From contig JBKPAK010000146.1 in assembly GCA_046726415.1 (NCBI GenBank), positions 1 through 55,260 of the forward strand: a stretch of DNA of 55,260 nucleotides. The letters run 5' to 3'. The translations under genes and the position numbers were made by a program. Source of the DNA: Candidatus Methylomirabilota bacterium. GTDB lineage: Bacteria; Methylomirabilota; Methylomirabilia; Rokubacteriales; CSP1-6. Below, in pieces: positions 49,425-55,260 of the stretch; the first letter of the stretch is position 1; the number at the start of each line of letters is the position of its first letter. The notes under the pieces are model-generated. The model saw only the letters and a list, made by a program, of their open reading frames with translations. It searched no databases and had not been told where the DNA came from.

Positions 49425-49859
49425 CGCGCCCGTTGCCAGCCAGCACGTTCGTGGCCGCTGCGGGTCCACGGCGACGGGGACCTCCGTCGCCGGGTCGGTC
49501 GGTGACCACGTCTAGGTTGACCTCTGGCGCCTGACCCCAGGCGGGCATTCAGACTCCAACCCAGGAATCGGGTCGGGCGTGGAACCAAGCATTCCCCACC
49601 GATGAGAGTCAACGCGTTCCTGCGCTCAGCGGCAAGTTGGTCCCGCGAGTCGGAGGCGGACATCTCCTCTGGCGAGCACGTCTGCGACTCGAGGCCTGGG
49701 CACGACGACATTGCAGGTGGAGATGCCGTGGGAGTCGAACGATCCGTGAATCCGTGGGCCCAAGAGCCGTCGGCGGAGCTGGAGGCCCGCAATGGCGACG
49801 CCAGGGTTTTCGGGATTGGCGCCGAGCAGTGCTGCGAGGCTCTTGTCTACCCGACCTCT

Positions 49860-50085
49860 GGATGGAAGGCGGCGAGAAACCGCTCGGGCCGGCACGTAGA
49901 GGTCGTTCAGACGCAAGGCGTTGCGGCGGTATATGAGCGGGTGGCACTCGAGCCCCCCAGGAGAAGATTGCGGCCGGGGAGGCTACGCACATCATAGGCG
50001 CAAACCACGATGACAGGGAATCGCCGCCCGCGTCCGTCACGCTCGCTTCGAGCCGGAGGAGATCCCGGTCGCCCGGCCAGTCGGG
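49860..50085 (-). pseudogene. Degenerate MEDS (DcmR-like sensory) domain fragment
   Basis: Across frameshifts: WPGDRDLLRLEASVT / FPVIVVCAYDVRSLPG / LECHPLIYRRNALRLNDLYVP. Confidence 0.5.
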
Positions 50086-50122
50086 GCGCCGGGGAACGTA
50101 GGCGCCAATGGGAGGAGTGCGT

Positions 50123-50407
50123 ATGAAGGACGACTTTGCCAACCGCATTCGGTCGGCGGCCGTGGCCGGCTGGTGGACGTTGCTCATGGCCACGATCTTT
50201 CTTGCGGGGCAGTGGGCGGCATACCTGATCATCATCGGGTCCAAGCCAGCCTGGATGCTCAGGTTCTGGGGCGGCGGCGAGATGCACTGGGGCACGATCC
50301 AAACCATCTGGATATGGATGACGGCCGTATTCAAGGTAATTGTGTGGGTGGCGGCCATGCTGGTCATCTGGCTGACCGTTTGGGCTCGCCGCCTGGCACG
50401 AACGTAA
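50123..50407 (+). CDS. Small membrane protein
   Basis: GGAGGAG RBS; two Trp-rich TM helices. Confidence 0.78.
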   Translation: MKDDFANRIRSAAVAGWWTLLMATIFLAGQWAAYLIIIGSKPAWMLRFWGGGEMHWGTIQTIWIWMTAVFKVIVWVAAMLVIWLTVWARRLART

Positions 50408-50639
50408 GCCGCCGCACGTGACCGTGTTTGGCGAAGGACAGGCTCCGGCACGATCTCGATACCGCCTTACCCAGCGGCGCGGGCCAGCGCGGCGATCGTC
50501 GAAGAGCTTGTCGTCCCGTCCGCATGAAGGCGTGCGAGGTCCACCTCGCATCGAAGCGCCCGCATGCCCTGGGCGCCCTGGAAGGCCTCCAGCTCGAGAT
50601 CCTCCACGTCGCGGCCGAGGTACCCGCGCTGCTGAAGGT

Positions 50640-50783
50640 AGTCGAGTCTTCAAGCAGATCATGGGCACCGACGAGATCGCCACCCCCGTCTTCGTGGGAG
50701 CGCTCTTCGACTACCACTGGAACGACCACGCCGGGCAGCTCGCCAAGATCCGGAAGGCAGCTGGCCTAGACGAGGCGAAGTAG
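50640..50783 (+). pseudogene. 3' fragment of a DinB-like protein
   Basis: FDYHWNDHAGQLAKIR (HxxxH.GQ). Confidence 0.5.
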
Positions 50784-51139
50784 TCGCGCCAAGCTCACCG
50801 TCTACGAGCACGCGCTCCGCTCTACCTCGCGCGGGTGACTAGGGTAGCCTCGGGCGGGCCCCGTTCGCTTGTACACGGCGAGCTGGTGGCGCAAGGCGAG
50901 GTTAGAGCTGACCACATCTCGGGCGCCCGGAGCGACGGCTCGGCAATCCGCGGACTTGCCGGCGCCTTACTTCATGTCTCTGGCCCTCCTTTAGAGTTGC
51001 GAGAACTGGCCGTTACCCAGCCCGTCGTGGTCCACGTAGCCTTGATCGCTTGTGACCGGCAGCGGCGCGGCGGCCATGCGCTTCGAATTCTTCAGGTCGT
51101 CGTCGTATGATTCCTTACCAGCACGGTGCACAGTTGAGT

Positions 51140-51640
51140 TCATGCCCGGCCCCGTCGTAGCGGGTGCGCGCGAGCCGCGGCCCGAGGGTGGAGCGCCGCG
51201 TCAGGCTGTCTGATCGTGAACCAATAGACCCAGAACAGGATGACGGCCTGAAGCGGCGCTCGAATGAGCAGATAAACCGGACCCCCTGCGTGACCACCGA
51301 TCGGGACATGGCTGACCGCAGCGTAGATGTTGGCCGGGAAGAACAATACGAGTACTCCAGCAGCAACCCGTCCGGTGAATCGCCTGGCCCCTGGCACGAG
51401 GAAACCGAAGGCGATTGCCAGTTCCAGGACCCCCGTACAATACACGAGAAGCATCCGCCCAGGGACCCAGGGCGGCAGTATCTGCGTCATGGGCTCAGTT
51501 TGAATGAAGTGTCCGACACCCGTGAAGATGAAGAGCATGCCAGCCCCGATAGCGGGAGCGCCCCGAACATCGACGTCATGACGCGTCACCGCTGAGAACG
51601 CGCGGACTATCAGGTACGGCGCAGTCATCAAGACGAGCAT
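51140..51640 (-). CDS. DoxX-like membrane protein
   Basis: FTGVGHF, PPWVP, TGVLE, FPANIYAA, IRAPLQ. Confidence 0.82.
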   Translation of the reverse strand: MLVLMTAPYLIVRAFSAVTRHDVDVRGAPAIGAGMLFIFTGVGHFIQTEPMTQILPPWVPGRMLLVYCTGVLELAIAFGFLVPGARRFTGRVAAGVLVLFFPANIYAAVSHVPIGGHAGGPVYLLIRAPLQAVILFWVYWFTIRQPDAALHPRAAARAHPLRRGRA

Positions 51641-51723
51641 TGATGATGGGAGCTGTCACGGTCGATTTCTCCAAGCCGCTTAGAGCGCCCCGGTCGACAT
51701 TTGCGTTTTGCTGACGCGCCTGC

Positions 51724-52242
51724 TCAGCGACCCGCGGCAGGCGGATACGCGGCAGCGCCTTGGTGGGCGTCGCCCGTCCAGTACTTCAGCAAGACGACAA
51801 AAGTGAGGTAGTGCGTCACCAACAGCGCAGGGACCCCAAAGCCTGGTATCCAGTAAGCCGGTCCCATCGACGCCGACGCTCCGTAGATCGTGGTAAGTGC
51901 GATCGCCGCGACGAGGTCTGCCGTTCCCCACCCATTGAAGATCCAGAGCAGCACCCGCCCGCTCTGCGCCTCTCGGGCCACCGCCGGAATCGCGGCCAAA
52001 GCGAGCAGGGCGGCGATCAGGTCTCCGAATGCCGCCGGATAAGCGAACTGCGGGGGGATCCCGGGATAGGTCGCACCTGGCGCGAGGAACATCAGTCCGA
52101 GGTGTCGGAACGAATGAAGCAGAAGAATCGGCAGGAGAACGGCCTGCGGCCCGAGTGTCGGGAGCTTCGGCCAGATGTAGATTCGAGCGGCAATCCAGAA
52201 CACGAGCGTACTGAACAAGAGGTTGACGGTGAGAATGTTCAT
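51724..52242 (-). CDS. Hypothetical membrane protein
   Basis: Multi-TM; LLLHSFRHLGLMFL, PAAFGDL, VPALLVTH. Confidence 0.8.
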   Translation of the reverse strand: MNILTVNLLFSTLVFWIAARIYIWPKLPTLGPQAVLLPILLLHSFRHLGLMFLAPGATYPGIPPQFAYPAAFGDLIAALLALAAIPAVAREAQSGRVLLWIFNGWGTADLVAAIALTTIYGASASMGPAYWIPGFGVPALLVTHYLTFVVLLKYWTGDAHQGAAAYPPAAGR

Positions 52243-52347
52243 CGAGCTTGATGCGGTCGTCGAGGGTCCCCATCGTGAGGACCGCACCGGCGAGCAAAGA
52301 GGCGTAAATCAGATTGGGGGATGCTGCTCATGACACAATTCTAGTCG

Positions 52348-52502
52348 TGTTGATCCGTCCACCTCCCGGTGCGCTTGTCTGGCCTGCGGCGATGATCGTG
52401 TGGGGGCCGGGGTTCACGTCCGCAGCTCATCGCCATCACGCCGTCCAGCTGGTAATGACGATGCAGGAAACATTGCTGGTCCGTGGCAGACCCGAGGACG
52501 AA
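52348..52502 (+). pseudogene. 5' fragment of an AraC-family regulator (cupin part)
   Basis: WPAAMIVWGPG...HRHHAVQL; truncated. Confidence 0.55.
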
Positions 52503-52610
52503 TGTGATGCGGCGAAGCTCCGCACGGCGGAGCGCCCGCCCCCAGTGCCGGTGGGCGAAGTTGTCCGGGTCGATCGGCTTTCCGTCTGTACTGCAAAACA
52601 CGAGTTCGCC
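52500..52610 (-). mobile_element. Tyrosine integrase fragment
   Basis: LVFCSTDGKPIDPDNFAHRHWGRALRRAELRRITF, cut just before the expected HxLRH motif. Confidence 0.68.
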
Positions 52611-52743
52611 CCTGGAAGCGGCTCGAGAGCCGTGACAGCGCGAACCGCCGCGTCGGCGCTAGGTCGATCGTACGGTGCGCTCGGTGCGACTTCGGCGTGA
52701 CGATCTTCCCTCGCCAGAACGCTCGGCGGGCGATCGCTCGAAG

Positions 52744-53085
52744 TCACCATTCGGGCGGGATGGCCCAGAACTGGCGCGCAACTCGAAGACTCGTCGCGGT
52801 GTCCGACCCCATGTGGTAGGCGACGGCGTCACCGGGCCTGAGATCGCGGATCGACAGCAGCGCACCGTGATCCTCGCGAATGATTGCCGTCGCGGCTACG
52901 CGGATCCGCTGCGGTCCGCTTCGAGTTTCGAGTACGAGCGTGTTCGTGGCGAGGTCGACAGCCGTGATCAATCCCGCTCCAGCGGGCGACTGGGCGTGGA
53001 GGACAAAACCCGGCGCGAGCACGAGCACGAGAGACAATACGGCGAGCGACGGCACGATGAAGCAAACACGCGACGGCGATCTCAT
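52744..53085 (-). CDS. Small exported beta-rich protein
   Basis: Signal peptide (AQS site), GLITAVDLATNTLVL...DLRPGDAV; divergent from the sigma/anti-sigma pair. Confidence 0.7.
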   Translation of the reverse strand: MRSPSRVCFIVPSLAVLSLVLVLAPGFVLHAQSPAGAGLITAVDLATNTLVLETRSGPQRIRVAATAIIREDHGALLSIRDLRPGDAVAYHMGSDTATSLRVARQFWAIPPEW

Positions 53086-53315
53086 GACAGACTCCTCAAG
53101 GGTGCCAGTTCGAGATGGACGGCCAACCTCGCAGCGGCCTCTCGCGATGAGCCGTTCGGGAGTCGAGTCTCCTCGGTCGGAGGTCCCTCTCACAGCCGTG
53201 CCTACGGAGTCTTCCTCGTCCCTGGACGAGTGATCCAGGCGGCCGGCTGACTTCGTAGGCAATCGGATGAGGGCGAGGGCCTTTGGACAGATCCGCGACG
53301 ACCGAAGCTGCTGAC

Positions 53316-53942
53316 ATGGGCTTCTTCCGCCCTCGACGCGGCACGGCGGCAGGGCCCGGAGGGAATGAACCCGGCGATCCAGAACTCATTCGGCGGATGC
53401 GGCTCGCCGACGAGTCCGCGCTCGAAGCGCTGTACGCACGCTACGGGGGACTCGTGTATACCCTCGCGCTCCGTATCGTGGGTGACCCCGAGCTCGCACG
53501 CGAGGTCCTTCAGGACACCTTTCTCAGCTCGTGGGAGGGGCGAGAGACCTATGACTCCGCGCGAGGAAGGGTGCCTTGGTGGCTCATGGGCATAGCGAGG
53601 AACCGCGCGATCGACCTCCTACGGAGCCGCCCGCATCAGGCCCGCCTGCGAGAGCAAGAGCATCGCGCGCGGGAAGCGGCCGCACTTCCGCCCCCGAACA
53701 CCGAAGAGGCGTCCTTAGTGCGGAGGGCGATCATCGACGCCCTCGGCGGTCTGTCGACGCTACAGCGGGAGGTGATCGAGCTCGCGTACTACACCGGCCT
53801 CACGCAGGCGGAGATCGCCCGCGAGCTTGGGTAGCCGCTGGGCACCGTAAAAAGCCGGACGCGTGAGGCCATGGATCGGTTGCGTCAGGCCCTCCGACCA
53901 CTCATGGGACCCACAGCGGAGGCCGGGCAACATCGTGACTGA
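53316..53942 (+). pseudogene. ECF sigma factor (SigK-like) with an in-frame TAG in region 4.2
   Basis: EIARELG-[TAG 53832-53834]-PLGTVKSRTREAMDRLR continues in frame to TGA 53942. Confidence 0.85.
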
Positions 53943-54666
53943 GGCGCACGAGCGGATCGTCGAGGATCTCGCGGCCTACGTCCTCGGGTCCCTCGAGACC
54001 GAGGAGCACCTCCGCGTCGAGGCGCACGTAGCAACGTGCCCCACATGCGCGGGCCTCGTCGCGGAATACCGTGGGGTCGTGGGCATAATGCCGGTCGGCC
54101 TCGAACCGGTCGCATCGCCGGAGAGCGCATGGAAGGTGATCCGGGCCGCCGTGCGAAAGCGGCGCCCTGAGCGCTCAGGATCTGCGGTGCTGCCGAAGTG
54201 GCTCCGCATCGCGAGATGGCCGGCAGTCGCGGCGCTGGTCGCGTTCCTCGCTGTCTGGAACGTGATGCTCCAGCACGAGCTCACGCGCCGGGCACCCGGG
54301 CCGGCGCCAGGACCGGAGGTCGAGGCGCTCTCGCGTCGTCCCGGCCGCATCGTGATCCTTCAAGGGACCGGTAAGCCAGGGGCGAGTGCGCGCATCTTCG
54401 TTGCCGTGGATGGAGGCGGCCATCTTGCGGTGAGCGGCCTCGACTCGCTACCGCGGGGACGTACATACCAACTCTGGTTCGCGCGGAGCCAGCCCCCGCC
54501 GGTCGCTGCAGCTGCGTTCGCGGTAGATGTGAGTGGCCGCGCCTGGGCGAAGGTGTCGGTGCCGGGCTCGCTCGACGACGTACGCGCGATTTTTGTGACC
54601 GACGAGCCGTCCGGCAGCGCAGCTCCTTCAGGGCGGCCTCTCCTCGAGGCGCAGTCATGGCGGTGA
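53935..54666 (+). CDS. Anti-sigma factor (zf-HC2 + TM + RskA-like domain)
   Basis: LAAYVLGSL, HVATCPTC, TM segment, TYQLWF, VTDEPSGSAAPSG. Confidence 0.9.
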   Translation: MTEAHERIVEDLAAYVLGSLETEEHLRVEAHVATCPTCAGLVAEYRGVVGIMPVGLEPVASPESAWKVIRAAVRKRRPERSGSAVLPKWLRIARWPAVAALVAFLAVWNVMLQHELTRRAPGPAPGPEVEALSRRPGRIVILQGTGKPGASARIFVAVDGGGHLAVSGLDSLPRGRTYQLWFARSQPPPVAAAAFAVDVSGRAWAKVSVPGSLDDVRAIFVTDEPSGSAAPSGRPLLEAQSWR

Positions 54667-54950
54667 CAGCCATCCTTGGGACAATCGATGTCGGCGACCG
54701 CCCACGCGCAGACCGCATCATCGTCCTGCTGGCACTCCTTGAGGAGCACCGGGTCGCTCGTCGAGCAGCGGCACTGGTTGGGGGTCTCGGTCCAGGTCGC
54801 ATCCCACTTGCAGAAACTGTCCGGTCGACAGCTGTCGGGCCGGGCGTCGATGAACTTCTGCGCGAACTCGGCCATGTCCATGGTCACTTGCAGGACCCCG
54901 TCCGGCAACCTCCGGCGGTCCCGTACTTCCGCTCGCACGACGAGGGCCAC
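54665..54950 (-). pseudogene. Fragment of a Cys-rich extracellular-type protein
   Basis: CRPDSFCKW...CRC...VCAWAVADIDCPKDGC; ends at the anti-sigma stop. Confidence 0.4.
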
Positions 54951-55093
54951 GAAGCAAGCGCCGGGAAGGTGATCGGGTTCCGCAGCCGTGTCTGCACCGC
55001 CCTCAGCTGGTTATCGTCGTTCTTGTTGAAAGGGGGCCCAGACGGCTGGCCGCCCCCCGCGCGCGGGACCGACAGCGGAGAGAGGGCCTTTGT

Positions 55094-55119
55094 CCTGACT
55101 ATGCGCCCTGACTATGCGC
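55094..55119. repeat. 13-bp tandem repeat x2
   Basis: CCTGACTATGCGC twice, directly before the transposase remnant. Confidence 0.85.
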
Positions 55120-55260
55120 CAGCGACTCTTCAAGACCGGTGGACGCCTGATCCGGCATGTCCGGTACTTCATCCTGCAGCTCGCCGAGAGCTACTTGACG
55201 CCGCGCCTGTTCGGGCAGATCCTCGGGCGCATCGAGCGACTCGCGTGGCATCCCACCTGA
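55120..55260 (+). mobile_element. IS1380-family transposase C-terminal remnant
   Basis: QRLFKTGGRLIRHVRYFILQLAESYLTPRLFGQILGRIERLAWHPT*. Confidence 0.72.

Noticed and set aside
50855-50995. RSLVHGELVAQGEV segment and an AAGGAGG-ATG-AAG-TAA minigene on the minus strand
   Set aside because: May be mobile-element debris or a decayed gene start, but too short to support a call.
53832-53834. TAG as pyrrolysine recoding (also the TAG at 46966)
   Set aside because: No pyl genes are seen, the positions are not catalytic, and the sulfatase has further lesions; nonsense mutation is simpler.

Overview
GC-rich bacterial accessory region. The gene style suggests a soil bacterium, possibly Candidatus Rokubacteria/Methylomirabilota, but that is only an impression. 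From left to right it contains: (1) a 977-aa protein fusing a PGRP/amidase domain, an alpha/beta-hydrolase and a metacaspase, translationally coupled to a gene that runs off the left edge; (2) a GH15 hydrolase and an MshC-like Cys ligase; (3) a GAF kinase/FixJ two-component cluster with DksA and TPR genes and a recurring GGACCAAGGTCCACTA motif; (4) a stress-type island with Anbu protease, transglutaminase, small basic proteins, receivers and candidate sigma54 sites; (5) an ECF sigma, a VapBC-like TA pair and a KaiC-like ATPase with a hybrid kinase; (6) P450/ferredoxin and an MNT-HEPN TA pair; (7) a VOC, ICL-family lyase, LeuCD-like and transhydrogenase operon; (8) a UGA(Sec)-containing peroxiredoxin-like gene with a SECIS-like hairpin; (9) a redoxin-cytochrome c-copper monooxygenase fusion; (10) ArsR/NIPSNAP, DoxX genes and a SigK/RskA-like pair. 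Many truncated gene fragments and IS110, IS1380 and integrase remnants lie between the intact genes, often colliding tail-to-tail. No rRNA, tRNA or CRISPR array was recognised. All family calls come from motif recognition by eye; no searches were run.
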